From an uncultured Actinomycetota bacterium (GTDB lineage Bacteria; Actinomycetota; Actinomycetes; Streptosporangiales; Streptosporangiaceae), in NCBI GenBank assembly GCA_963727015.1, contig CAVSEV010000012.1, forward strand, positions 214,131 to 278,130: DNA of 64,000 nt, given 5' to 3'. Of the stretch, positions 37,010-48,868 are shown piece by piece. Every line of letters starts with the position of its first letter. Position 1 is the stretch's first letter. The notes beneath the pieces are model-generated. The model was not told the DNA's origin and did no database searches. It worked only from the letters and a program-made list of their open reading frames with translations. The translations under genes and the position numbers were made by a program.

Positions 37010-37337
37010 GGTTCCGGCTTGGTGGCCGGTTCCTGCTGTGATGGCCGGTTCCTGCTGTGGTGGATTGCCATCACGTTATCCAGCCTCGGCGATGGGACTC
37101 ATTTTGCCGCCCTTCCGCTGTGCGGCGCGGGCGCCAGACGACCACGGCGCCCGCCGCGGTGATCACCTGTACGCGAGAATCGTCCGCGAACAAACTCAGC
37201 GGGTCGGGCGAACCCCGTGCGGCGCGTGACGCCGCGGGCTTGTGAGCACGGCGCTGGACGCCCACGGCCTACACTGAAAGCTGGCGCGCCGGAAGTCTGG
37301 TCGGCAGTCACGACATCGATTTGGCGAGGTCAGCGGC

Positions 37338-38924
37338 GTGCGGAGTGTCGAAACCGTCCTTGCGCTCGTGGTTCTCGCCACGGTGGTCGCGGCTTTTGCC
37401 AAACGGCTGCGCATCCCGGCTCCTGCCTTGCTTGTCGTCGCCGGCCTCGTCGTCGGCCTGCTGCCGGGTGTTCCCCCCGTCCGCGTCACCCCGGATTTGG
37501 TCAGCCTGGTGGTGCTGCCGCCGCTGCTTTACGCGGCGAGCGAGGATCTGCCCTGGCGGGATCTGCGCGCGGTGTGGCGGCCTGTCACGATTCTCGCGGT
37601 GGGTCTGGTACTCGCATCCGCCGGAGCTGTCGCGCTCGTCGGAGCGGCGGTCGCGGGGCTGCCGGTGATCACCGCATTCGTTCTCGGCGCGGTCCTCGCA
37701 AGCACGGACCCTGTCGCGGTGACCGCGCTGGGGCGGCGGCTTTCGCTGCCAGTCAGGGTGCAGACGCTCGTGCAGGCGGAGAGCCTGTTCAACGATGCGA
37801 CCAGCCTGGTGCTCTTCAGGATCGCGGTCTCGATCGCGGTAGCCGGGACCGCAGCGGGAGCGTCGGCCGGGCTTCAATTGCTGCATGCCATCGGCGAGTT
37901 CGCCGTCCTAGCGGGTGGCGGGGCGCTCGCGGGCGGCGCGATCGCGGCCGGTGCCGTCCTCGTCCGTGCGCGGACGACCGACCCAGTGCTTGAAACCGTC
38001 ATCGCGCTCGTCACCCCGTACGCCGCGTATGTGCTGGCGGAGACGCTCAGAGTCGCCGGGGTGACCGCGGTCATAGTGGCGGGCCTGATCCTCGGCACGC
38101 AGCTTCAACGGGTGACGAATGCGCAGACGAGACTGCAGCTTCACTCGGTCTACCAGACGGTCATCTTCCTGCTGGAGAGCGTGGTATTCAGTCTCATCGG
38201 CCTCGAGCTGCCCACGCTCATCCGTGCCCTGGCGCATACCGGGCAGCAATGGCCGCTCGAGGCGCTCGCCATCACGGCGACGCTGATCGCGACCAGGGTC
38301 CTGTGGGTGTTCCCGCTGTCCGCGCTCGCACAGTGGCGGCGCGGTACGCGCCGCCCGTCGTGGCAGGTCCCCGCGGTCATGTCGTGGGCGGGCACGCGCG
38401 GTGTGGTGCCGCTGGCCGCGGCCCTGTCCATCCCGCTGACCACGGACACGGGCGCCCCGCTGCCAGAGCGTGATCTAGTCCTTGTGCTCGCGGCCGCGGT
38501 GATCGCGATCTCGCTCATCGTGCAAGGGCTCACGCTGGAACCGCTGGTGCGCTTCGCAGGGATCAGCCGGCCTGCGGCCGACACCCGGCACGAGGAGACC
38601 ATCGCCAGGCTCCGCCTGGCCGAAGCAGGGCTCGCCCGGCTCGACGAGATCGCCGACGTGGAGGCCGCGCCCGATGTGGTGATCGATAGGCTCCGCCGCG
38701 GCCTGCAGACCCATATCGGCCGTACCCGCGCGCGCATGAAGGAAAGCGCGGATCCCGCGTCGACGGGCGCCGCCGAGCGAGACATCCGCCGCGACCTGAT
38801 CGCGGTGGAGAACGCGGAGCTGAACCGGCTCTACGAGAACGGCACCATCAGTGAACCGACCCGGCGGCGGCTGCAGCGTTCCCTCGACCTGGAGGCCGCT
38901 GGGCTCGGCGACGACCAGGACTGA
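37338..38924 (+). CDS. Na+/H+ antiporter (CPA1 / NhaP-type)
   Basis: 528 aa, about 12 TM. AESLFNDATSLVLFRIA is the CPA1 signature. C-terminal cytoplasmic regulatory domain. Confidence 0.85.
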   Translation: MRSVETVLALVVLATVVAAFAKRLRIPAPALLVVAGLVVGLLPGVPPVRVTPDLVSLVVLPPLLYAASEDLPWRDLRAVWRPVTILAVGLVLASAGAVALVGAAVAGLPVITAFVLGAVLASTDPVAVTALGRRLSLPVRVQTLVQAESLFNDATSLVLFRIAVSIAVAGTAAGASAGLQLLHAIGEFAVLAGGGALAGGAIAAGAVLVRARTTDPVLETVIALVTPYAAYVLAETLRVAGVTAVIVAGLILGTQLQRVTNAQTRLQLHSVYQTVIFLLESVVFSLIGLELPTLIRALAHTGQQWPLEALAITATLIATRVLWVFPLSALAQWRRGTRRPSWQVPAVMSWAGTRGVVPLAAALSIPLTTDTGAPLPERDLVLVLAAAVIAISLIVQGLTLEPLVRFAGISRPAADTRHEETIARLRLAEAGLARLDEIADVEAAPDVVIDRLRRGLQTHIGRTRARMKESADPASTGAAERDIRRDLIAVENAELNRLYENGTISEPTRRRLQRSLDLEAAGLGDDQD

Positions 38925-38954
38925 GCGACCCGCATAGTCTCGCCACCCGACGAT

Positions 38955-39035
38955 TCTCTTGCGCCGCGGACAGCGAATCTCTTACGCGCCGCGGACAGCG
39001 AATCTCTAGCGCGCTGCGGACAGCGAAGGGCAGGC
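38955..39035. repeat. 3 tandem copies of a 22-bp unit (GCGCCGCGGACAGCGAATCTCT) upstream of the aldose epimerase gene
   Basis: ttGCGCCGCGGACAGCGAATCTCTtaCGCGCCGCGGACAGCGAATCTCTaGCGCGCTGCGGACAGCGAAggg. Confidence 0.75.
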
Positions 39036-39052
39036 ACTGATATATCGGAGGG

Positions 39053-39961
39053 ATGATCCCGATCACTGGAGCCCAGTACGAGATCTCCGCGGGCGACTAC
39101 CGTGCGACGGTCACCGAAGTCGGCGCAGGCCTGCGAGAGTTCACTCATGCGGGCCGCCCGCTCATCGCCTCGTACCAGCAGGACGAGCTTCCACCTGACG
39201 CCGCGGGCCAGCTACTCGCCCCCTGGCCGAACCGTATCGACCATGGCCGGTACGCCTTCGCCGGCTCCACTTACCAGCTCGACCTGTCCGAGCCCGGGCT
39301 CGGCAACGCTATCCACGGGCTGACCCGCTGGGCGAGCTGGGCTCCGGTGCAGCACGAGCCGGACCGGGTGCTGCTGACTCACCTGTTGCATGGACGGCCC
39401 GGCTACCCGTTCTGCCTCGAGCTCGACGCGCAGTACCAGGTCGGCACGGACGGCCTGCGGGTAACTATCACGGTCCGTAACGTCGGGAGCCCGGCGCCCT
39501 ACGGCACGGGATCGCACCCGTATCTGACCGGCGGGACCCCAATCGCCGAGTACCTGCTTGAGATCCCCGCGGCGCAGTGGCTGCAAGCCGGCGAACGCGG
39601 TATCCCGGCCGGGCCGGCAACCGACGTCGCCGGCACGCCGCTCGATTTCCGTCAGGCCAGGCCGCTGGGCGGCACGCAAATCGATCATGCCTTCACCGGC
39701 CTCGAACGCGACGCGGAAGGCAAGGCGTGGACGCGCGTCGGCACGGCCGATGGCGAGCTCGCGCTCTGGGTGGGCGAGGGCTACGGTTGGCTGCAGCTCT
39801 TTACGGGCGACACGCTCGCCGAGCCGCGGCGGCGCCAGGCGATCGCGGTCGAGCCCATGACCTGCCCGCCGAACAGCTTCGTCACCGGGCAGGACCTGAT
39901 CATCCTGGATCCTGGTCAGAGCCTGGCCCATTCCTGGGGGCTTGACTTCCTGCGGCGCTGA
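39053..39961 (+). CDS. Aldose 1-epimerase family protein (galactose mutarotase-like)
   Basis: 302 aa. APWPNRIDHGRYAF...GSHPYL...GTQIDHAF is the mutarotase fold with its conserved His/Asp. Confidence 0.75.
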   Translation: MIPITGAQYEISAGDYRATVTEVGAGLREFTHAGRPLIASYQQDELPPDAAGQLLAPWPNRIDHGRYAFAGSTYQLDLSEPGLGNAIHGLTRWASWAPVQHEPDRVLLTHLLHGRPGYPFCLELDAQYQVGTDGLRVTITVRNVGSPAPYGTGSHPYLTGGTPIAEYLLEIPAAQWLQAGERGIPAGPATDVAGTPLDFRQARPLGGTQIDHAFTGLERDAEGKAWTRVGTADGELALWVGEGYGWLQLFTGDTLAEPRRRQAIAVEPMTCPPNSFVTGQDLIILDPGQSLAHSWGLDFLRR

Positions 39962-40790
39962 CGCGCCGGCTGGGCAGAGCGAGCGCGGCCAGGTCCGCCG
40001 GGGTGTCCGCATCCGCGGGGTCGCCGATGTCACCGCACTCCACCAGGGTGACAAGCTCGGGGTGAGCGCGCAGGAACGGGCGCGCACCGACATCGCCGAC
40101 CGCACGCTCGATGACCTCGGCCCAGTGCTCGCGGGCGAGTAGCACGGGGTTGCGCGGCACGCCGCGGTACGCGGCGACGACCACGCCCGCGCCGTCCCGG
40201 TGCGCGGCGATCAGCCGCCGCACGGCCTGCGGCCCAACCAGCGGCTGGTCCACGAGGGCGACCACCGCGGCACCTGCCTCGGGTCCTGCGGCGGGTCCTC
40301 GCCGCAGGTCCTGGCGCCGCACCTGCCGCGGGTCCTGGCCCGCCGCACCTGCCGCGGGTCCTGCTGCCGTACCTGCGGCCGCGGGTCCTGCCAAAGGTCC
40401 TGGCGCCGCACCTGCCGCGGCACCTGCCGCAGCGGGAATGGCGCGAAGCCCGGCGGCCAGCGACGAGCCCATGCCGCTGCGCCAGCGGGGATTGTGCGCG
40501 AGGATCACGCCGGCCAGATCCGGTGCCAGACTCACCGCGACGGCGCCGGTCACGACGACCACCGGCGCGGCGCCCCCGTCGCGCAGCATCCGCGCACCAC
40601 GGTCGGCAAGGGGTGCGCCACGGAATTCAGCGAGCGCCTTGGGTTTGCCGAACCTGGCGCCCTGCCCCGCGGCGAGCAGCACCCCGGCAACCGGGGCGGG
40701 CGCGCTCACGGAACCGGCTGCCGATCCCCCGCCTGCTCGTGGTGAATGCGGCCTTCGGTCGACGTCAGCGCCCGGCCAGATCCTCCCCAC
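39900..40790 (-). CDS. MobA-like NTP-transferase (molybdenum cofactor cytidylyltransferase MocA-like) with an internal Ala/Gly/Pro low-complexity insertion
   Basis: VAGVLLAAGQGARFGKPKAL (the LAAGxSxRxG motif) ... VDQPLV. The start is likely near 40690. Residues about 115-160 are (AAGAAPGP)-like repeats encoded by about 20-nt tandem repeats at 40255-40440. Confidence 0.6.
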   Translation of the reverse strand: MGRIWPGADVDRRPHSPRAGGGSAAGSVSAPAPVAGVLLAAGQGARFGKPKALAEFRGAPLADRGARMLRDGGAAPVVVVTGAVAVSLAPDLAGVILAHNPRWRSGMGSSLAAGLRAIPAAAGAAAGAAPGPLAGPAAAGTAAGPAAGAAGQDPRQVRRQDLRRGPAAGPEAGAAVVALVDQPLVGPQAVRRLIAAHRDGAGVVVAAYRGVPRNPVLLAREHWAEVIERAVGDVGARPFLRAHPELVTLVECGDIGDPADADTPADLAALALPSRRVSAAGSQAPRNGPGSDQDPG

Positions 40791-41830
40791 CGCAGCTGGA
40801 TGAGTTCGGCAGCCACGGAGACGGCGGTTTCCTCCGGCGTTCGCGCACCGAGATCGAGCCCGATCGGCGATCGCAGCCTCGCGAGTTCAGCATCGGTCAG
40901 CCCCACTGCACGCAGCCGCTCGAGCCGCTCCGCGTGGGTGCGGCGGCTGCCCATCGCGCCGATGTAGGCGGCGGGTGTCCGCAGCGCCACTTCGAGGACC
41001 GGCACGTCGAACTTGGGGTCGTGGGTGAGCACGCAAATCACCGTGCGCTCGTCCACGGCCGCCCGCTGCAAGAAGCGGTGCGGCCAGTCCACGACGACCT
41101 TGTCGGCGTCTGGGAATCTGGCAGGCGTGGCGAAAACGGGGCGGGCGTCACATACCGTCACGTGGTAGCCGAGGTATTTGCCGATGCTGGCGACCGCGGC
41201 CGCGAAGTCGATCGCCCCGAAAACCACCATCCGCGGCGGCGGAGCGAACGAGTGCACGAAGACGCTCAGCTCATCGGCCCTTCGCTCCCCCTGCGCGCCA
41301 TAATGCCGGATGCCGGTGCGGCCCTGGGCGAGCATGCCACGGGTGTCGTCGTCCACGGCGTCGTCAAGCCGGGCGGGGCCGAGACTGCCGGACGCGCCGT
41401 CCGGCCAAATCACTCTGCGGGCGCCGAGGCTGCCAGGGCCCGCCACGACGGTCGCGACGGCGATGGGCTCGCCCCGCTCCACCGTGGCGGCGATGTCGCC
41501 ATACTCAGGGAAGCGGGACCTGCTCACCGCTTCGACGAAGATCTCCATTATGCCGCCGCAGGTGAGCCCGACGGCGAACGCGTCGTCATCGCTCACGCCA
41601 TAGGTCTGCAGCACGGGTTTGCCACTCGCGCGGACCTCACCGGCCAGTTCGTACACGGCGCCCTCGACGCAGCCGCCCGATACGCTCCCCACCACCTCGC
41701 CCGCCGCCGACACGGCGAGGGCGGCGCCTGGCTCGCGCGGTGCACTACGGAAGGTCCGCACCACGGTGGCGAGGGCAAACGTCTCCCCGGCCTGCCACCA
41801 GTGACCGATTTCGGACATGATGTCGCGCAC
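40706..41830 (-). CDS. XdhC/CoxI-family molybdoenzyme maturation factor
   Basis: 374 aa. FALATVVRTFRSAPREPGAALAV...VVGSVSGGCVE; MVVFGAIDFAAAVASIGKYLGYHVTVCDAR is the Rossmann-like half. Confidence 0.8.
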   Translation of the reverse strand: MRDIMSEIGHWWQAGETFALATVVRTFRSAPREPGAALAVSAAGEVVGSVSGGCVEGAVYELAGEVRASGKPVLQTYGVSDDDAFAVGLTCGGIMEIFVEAVSRSRFPEYGDIAATVERGEPIAVATVVAGPGSLGARRVIWPDGASGSLGPARLDDAVDDDTRGMLAQGRTGIRHYGAQGERRADELSVFVHSFAPPPRMVVFGAIDFAAAVASIGKYLGYHVTVCDARPVFATPARFPDADKVVVDWPHRFLQRAAVDERTVICVLTHDPKFDVPVLEVALRTPAAYIGAMGSRRTHAERLERLRAVGLTDAELARLRSPIGLDLGARTPEETAVSVAAELIQLRWGGSGRALTSTEGRIHHEQAGDRQPVP

Positions 41831-41934
41831 AAACTCAGGTTACGTCCACCGGCACGTCGTTACGATCCCGTTTCGTTGACCGAGCAACTGGCTGGGCGCC
41901 GGTCCGCGCCGCCGAAGATCCACGAACACAAGCC

Positions 41935-42100
41935 TAGAGGGCGTGTCCCGTAGATCTTTGGCGGCGCAGATCGGCGCCAGACGCCGACCGGCGGCGTTGT
42001 CGTCGTCGCCGATAGGTCCAGTATCGGCTCCTCCTCCGCCTTGCCGGATCGCCGCCTGGCTCACCGCCCGCATCCACCAAGATCTACGGGACACGCCCTA
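41935..42100. mobile_element. MITE/REP-like dispersed element, full-length copy B (about 165 bp) with about 24-bp terminal inverted repeats
   Basis: AGGGCGTGTCCCGTAGATCTTTGGCGGCGC...conserved core...GCCCGCATCCACCAAGATCTACGGGACACGCCCT. Intergenic. Confidence 0.6.
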
Positions 42101-42550
42101 ACGGCCAACCTTGGGTTCGCGCGCCTCGCCCCGCTGAGCGATCAGGGCCCGCAACTCCGTCACCGCCTGCCGTGCGTGTTTCCCGTCAGTGGACTGGATG
42201 CCCATCGCGGCCATCGTGGTCCCGTCGGCCAGATCAAGGGTCGGCCACGGCTCGCCAGGTTCCATCCGCGCATCGAGCACCTCCGCCCAGTCAAGCTCGG
42301 TCGTGCGGAGGATATTGACGACGGTGAGCCCGCTGGCCGCGGCGCGAAGCTCGCACCGGCCGAAGAAGTGCAGGGCTACCGCGACGGCGCCGCCGAGGAT
42401 GATCAGCGCCACCCGGTCGGCGACCTGGAAGGTGGGCACGACCAGCGCGACCACCACAATGGCGCCGAGGCTGAGCGCCGCTAGGGCGTGTGGCACCACC
42501 CTCCCCCGCCGGGGCCGCCAGCGCACCGGCAGCCGCTGCGATCCGCTCAT
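42098..42550 (-). CDS. PH-domain-containing membrane-associated protein
   Basis: Start MSGSQRLPVRWRPRRG, then one TM, then a bPH-like region. The listed ORF (to 42829) runs into MITE copy C and is trimmed. Confidence 0.5.
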   Translation of the reverse strand: MSGSQRLPVRWRPRRGRVVPHALAALSLGAIVVVALVVPTFQVADRVALIILGGAVAVALHFFGRCELRAAASGLTVVNILRTTELDWAEVLDARMEPGEPWPTLDLADGTTMAAMGIQSTDGKHARQAVTELRALIAQRGEAREPKVGR

Positions 42551-42771
42551 GAGAGCATCTTCCACCAGGCGCACGCATGGGACGGCACGGCGCCCGGCCA
42601 TGTCGAGGGCGGCGGCTTCCCCGGCCCGCCATCCGGCCCGATCTGGTCCTGCTGGGCCACGAGCTGGCACCTGACACGCCGGCCACCGTCGCGAGCCGTG
42701 GCGCCGTGACCGCCTACCCGCTGCGCCCGCTCCTTGACGAGGCCCTGACCGGTTGAGCGGCAGGGGCGTAG

Positions 42772-42845
42772 TCCCGTAGATCTTTGGCGGCGCGGCAGTG
42801 CTGCCCACGACCCCGCCCGCGTCCACCAAGACGCCCTAGCCCTAC
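42772..42845. mobile_element. MITE/REP-like element, short internally deleted copy C (about 74 bp)
   Basis: GGGCGTAGTCCCGTAGATCTTTGGCGGCGCGG...CGCCCGCGTCCACCAAGACGCCCTAG: both TIRs retained, core missing. Confidence 0.5.
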
Positions 42846-43717
42846 TCGACGATCTTGGAGATCGGGATCTCGAGGATGTCCCGCGCGCCTGCCGCCTTCA
42901 GCGCGGGGATCAGCGTGTTCACCCCGCGCTTGGGCACCACCGTCTCCACCGCGTTCATGTCGCCGCTGGCAAGCGCGGTAATCGTGGGCGAGGACATGGC
43001 GGGGAGCATTTCTGTCACCGCGGCCAGCCTGGAACCAGGCACGTTGAGCTTGAGCAGAACGTTGCCACGGGCCCTGATAGCGCCAGAGAGCAGCAGCGAG
43101 ATGTCCTCCATCGCGGCGCGCTTGCCCGGATCCTCGTACGCGGCAAGGTTGGCGACAAGTTCGGTGTAGCTGGTGAGCAGGATCTCCAGGATGCGCAGGC
43201 CGCTGGCGCGCAGCGAAGATCCGGTCTCGGTCACGTCCACGATCGCGTCCACAATGTCGGGCACCTTGGCCTCAGTTGCACCGTAGGAGGGCACGACCTT
43301 GGCCTTCACCCCGCGCGAGTCAAGGAATCGCCTGGTCAGCGACGGATACTCGGTAGAGATCCGGATTCCCTCTGGCATGTCGGCCGCGGCGTCCCATGAC
43401 GCGTCCTTCTGTACCGCGAGCACGACCCGCACGGGATTGGCGGTGTTCTTGCTATACCGGAGCTCACCCAGGCTGACGACATCGGCGTTGGTCTCAGCGA
43501 TCCAGTCACGGCCGGTGATGCCGAGGTCGAACAGGCCCTGCTCCAGGTAGGAAGGGATCTCTTGCGGGCGCAGGAACCGGACACGATCGATGCGCGGGTC
43601 ATCGATCGACGCGTGGTAGTCACGGTCGGAGCCGCGACGCACCGTGAGATCGGCGGCGTCGAACAGATCGAGTGTCGCTCGCTCGAGCGAGCCCTTGGGG
43701 AGGACGAGGGACAACAT
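42842..43717 (-). CDS. hisG: ATP phosphoribosyltransferase (long form)
   Basis: 291 aa. MLSLVLPKGSLERATLDLF...RFLRPQEIPSYLEQGLFDLGITGRDW. Confidence 0.9.
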   Translation of the reverse strand: MLSLVLPKGSLERATLDLFDAADLTVRRGSDRDYHASIDDPRIDRVRFLRPQEIPSYLEQGLFDLGITGRDWIAETNADVVSLGELRYSKNTANPVRVVLAVQKDASWDAAADMPEGIRISTEYPSLTRRFLDSRGVKAKVVPSYGATEAKVPDIVDAIVDVTETGSSLRASGLRILEILLTSYTELVANLAAYEDPGKRAAMEDISLLLSGAIRARGNVLLKLNVPGSRLAAVTEMLPAMSSPTITALASGDMNAVETVVPKRGVNTLIPALKAAGARDILEIPISKIVE

Positions 43718-43784
43718 GCGAGCAGCCTTTCAGCCAGGGACCGACGGGACAGCAGACCTTACAGAACACCACTAGCGCGTGCCG

Positions 43785-45903
<2,119 letters not shown>

Positions 45904-45907
<4 letters not shown>

Positions 45908-46560
45908 CGCTGGCTCCCGTCGAGCAGCTTCTCCACGTACTTGGCGACGATGTCGGCCTCCAGGTTGACCGTGTCGCCTGGCTGTTTACGGCCGAGAGTG
46001 GTCTGCTCGAGGGTGACAGGGATCAAGCTGACCTCGAACCACGGATCGCCGCGCTCATGTTCCGCTGAGTGCTGGCCTGCCAGCTCGCCGACGCCGGATA
46101 CGGTGAGGCTCACCCCGTCGACCGCGACGGATCCCTTCTCCGCGACGTAACGCGCCAAGCCGTAAGGGAGCATGATCCGTACCACCTCCCAGTGCCGCGC
46201 CGGGGTCCTGGCGGCGATGCGGCCGATCCCGTCCACGTGGCCCTGCACGAGATGGCCGCCGAAGCGGTCGGCAGCGCGGAGGGGGCGCTCGAGATTGACG
46301 CGCGCACCAGCAGTGAGGGCCCCGATACCCGAGCGCAGGAGCGTCTCGCCCATCACATCCGCGGTGAACGCGCCATCGCCGCTGGCGGTCACGGTGAGGC
46401 ATACGCCGTTTACGGCGATCGAGTCGCCGCGGGTGGCACCCGCCACCACCTTCGGGCCCTTCACGGTGAGCCGCGCGGCGCCCTCACGTCGCTCGAGGGC
46501 GACGACCTCGCCAAGCTCTTCCACGATTCCGGTGAACATCTGCGGCACCCTCCGGAGCAT
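45904..46560 (-). CDS. ribE: Riboflavin synthase alpha subunit
   Basis: [12 protein letters not shown]...[13 protein letters not shown] repeated twice (lumazine-binding repeats). Confidence 0.9.
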
Positions 46561-46619
46561 TCCGATCAGTCCGGGCTCCGGGGAATGTACGCATGAACAC
46601 GGCGCCGGCCTTCACGGGC

Positions 46620-46765
46620 CACGCCCGCGTGCTGCCTCCCATCCGGACTTTCACCGTCGGTACCGGAATTTCGCCGGTTCAGCCGGCCGATGGCATCGGC
46701 CGGGTCGCGGACTGTAACCGCCGGTTCGGAGTTACACCGACCCCGGAGCACGCTTCTGCTTTAAC
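46620..46765 (-). ncRNA. FMN riboswitch (RFN element) upstream of ribE-ribBA-ribH
   Basis: Minus-strand sequence ...CCGGGGTCGGTGTAACTCCGAACCGGCGGTTACAGTCCGCGACCCGGCCGATGCCATCGGCCGGCTGAACCGGCGAAATTCCGGTACCGACGGTGAAAGTCCGGATGGGAGGCAGC. This matches the conserved RFN core blocks (GGTGnAAnTCC...CCGGCGGT...AGTCCGCGAC...CCGACnGTGAAAGTCnGGATGGGAG). Confidence 0.75.
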
Positions 46766-47098
46766 CAGTGTAGCCATATGAGCTATTCCGGCCGGAGCGC
46801 CCGGTCCTGGTGAAACTCCTGGCTAACCAGGCGCTTGCTACGGTGAATCCAGGTATCGCCGGCTGGCGATTTCTCGCCGCCAGGGCCGCTCTCAGCGGCG
46901 CTGCCACCGCCGGGCCACACCGATCTCCACACCCCGGAGTTTGCGCACCACCGTGGAGATCACCGTGGAACGGACGCGCAGCAAACTGCCAAAGCCGGGC
47001 CGCAACCGATCCCCACACCCCAAGTCGCGCACCTCGGCCGGGTGGGGCGGGCACGGGACGGGCCCGCGCCGGTGTCGCCCGCTGGTTCGGGCGCCGCG

Positions 47099-47797
47099 TC
47101 AGGTGGCGCTGCGACCGGCCGCCCAGGCGGCGTGCGCGGTGGCTTGTTCGGCCTGGGCGCGGAGTGCCTGGACCGCGCTCGCCGGGTCGTCCGCCGAATA
47201 CACCGCGTTGCCCGCTACGAACACGTCCGCTCCGGCCTCGGCGCAGCGCTCGATCGTCTCCCCGCTAACGCCGCCGTCGACTTGTAGCCAGACCGATGCC
47301 TCGCGGCCCGCCATGAGCTCACGGGCACGGCGCAGCTTGGGCAGCACGATGTCAAGGAACGGCTGGCCGCCAAAACCAGGCTCGACCGTCATCACGAGCA
47401 GCATGTCCATCACCGGCAGCAGATCCGCGTACGGCTCCACCGGGGTCGAGGGGTTGATGGCGAGCCCGGCGCGCGCGCCGGCGGCGCGGATCATCCGCAG
47501 CGTTCTGATCGGCGACTGTGATGCTTCCGCGTGAACTGTCACGTTGCGGGCCCCGGCCTCTGCGTAGGCGGGCGCCCACCGATCCGGGTCCTCGATCATG
47601 AGGTGGCAGTCCATGGGCAGGCTCGTGTGCTTGAGCAGCGACTCCACCACCGGCAGCCCGAGGGTCAGATTGGGCACGAAGTGGTTGTCCATGACGTCGA
47701 CATGCAGCCAGTCCGCAACGCCGGCCACGGCCTGCGCTTCCTCGGCGAGCCTGGCGAAGTCAGCGGCCAGGATGCTCGGTGACATTTGAACGCCCAT
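47099..47797 (-). CDS. rpe: Ribulose-phosphate 3-epimerase
   Basis: Start [17 protein letters not shown]...[16 protein letters not shown]...[10 protein letters not shown]. The listed ORF (to 48037) is an N-terminal over-extension. Confidence 0.9.
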   Translation of the reverse strand: MGVQMSPSILAADFARLAEEAQAVAGVADWLHVDVMDNHFVPNLTLGLPVVESLLKHTSLPMDCHLMIEDPDRWAPAYAEAGARNVTVHAEASQSPIRTLRMIRAAGARAGLAINPSTPVEPYADLLPVMDMLLVMTVEPGFGGQPFLDIVLPKLRRARELMAGREASVWLQVDGGVSGETIERCAEAGADVFVAGNAVYSADDPASAVQALRAQAEQATAHAAWAAGRSAT

Positions 47798-48021
47798 CGT
47801 GGCCAGTCTAAAGGCGATCGGCGGGCCGTGTCCCTCGCCCGCCCGGGTGAGTTTCGCCCGGGCGGCCCCGCCCCTGGCCGGCCAGACGCGAGCCCAGGCC
47901 CGCCCCTGGCCGGCCAGACGCGAGCCTGGGCGTCCGGCTGCCGCCAGGCTGAGCCGCGTCTCACCGCAGCGGGCAACCGGCCTGAAGCCCCGGCCGGCGG
48001 CTCTGAGAGGATCTCTGGACG

Positions 48022-48714
48022 ATGACCACGACCGCACCTGACAAGGGCTTCTCCCGCGAACGCGCTGCGCTGGCCGTGGTGCTCACGGCGGTCGCGGGTG
48101 CGGTCGACGCCCTGAGCTTCACCTCGCTCGGGCGCGTGTTCACCGCGAACATGACCGGCAACATTATCCTGCTCGGCATCGCCGCCGGGCAGGGACTGGG
48201 CGCGGAGACCTGGCGTTCTGGAATCGCGTTCACCAGCTTCGCGGCCGGGCTGCTGGCCGGCTACCAGCTAGGCCACCCGGCAGCGCCTATCGCACGATGG
48301 ATTCGGATCAGCGTCCGCGTGGCGTTCGCGCTCGAACTCCTGCTCGTAACGGCCTTCGTCGCGGTATGGGTCGCCGCCGCCGGGCACCCGGCAGGCAGCA
48401 CCCTGCTTGTCCTCATCTGCTTGTCGGCTGTCGCGATGGGCATCCAGAGCGCCACCGCGACCCGGCTCTCCGTAACCGGGGTGTCGACCACCTACGTCAC
48501 TGGCACGCTTACCTCGCTGATGGGCAGCCTCGCGGCGGCAGGCCGGCCGCCGAGGCACGCCATCTCGCAGGCCGCTGCCCTGGTGGCACTGGGCACCGGC
48601 GCGGTGCTTGCCATCCTCGTGCGCCAGCTCAACCCTGCTATTGCCGCGCTGGTCCCGCTGGCGATCTTGACCACGGCGGTGGTCATGGCGGCTGTTTCGA
48701 AGGATGTGCCCTGA
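48022..48714 (+). CDS. YoaK/DUF1275-family membrane protein
   Basis: 230 aa. [30 protein letters not shown] is the family hallmark. 6 TM. Confidence 0.65.
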   Translation: MTTTAPDKGFSRERAALAVVLTAVAGAVDALSFTSLGRVFTANMTGNIILLGIAAGQGLGAETWRSGIAFTSFAAGLLAGYQLGHPAAPIARWIRISVRVAFALELLLVTAFVAVWVAAAGHPAGSTLLVLICLSAVAMGIQSATATRLSVTGVSTTYVTGTLTSLMGSLAAAGRPPRHAISQAAALVALGTGAVLAILVRQLNPAIAALVPLAILTTAVVMAAVSKDVP

Positions 48715-48868
48715 CCCGGACGGGCACCGTTGAGCAAGCTGCCATTTTCATGATCGTGGTACCTTACCCGCGCATACAGCGGGCCAGGTACCACGATCAT
48801 GGGCGCCAGGGTAACCGCGGGCGGCAATCGTGACGAACTGGTACACGGTGCCGCGGAATATGCGGCGC

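Noticed and set aside
42551-42829. N-terminal 93 aa of ORF 42098..42829
   Set aside because: The extension runs through MITE copy C and low-complexity sequence. A good internal start (MSGSQRL) gives a 150-aa PH-domain protein.
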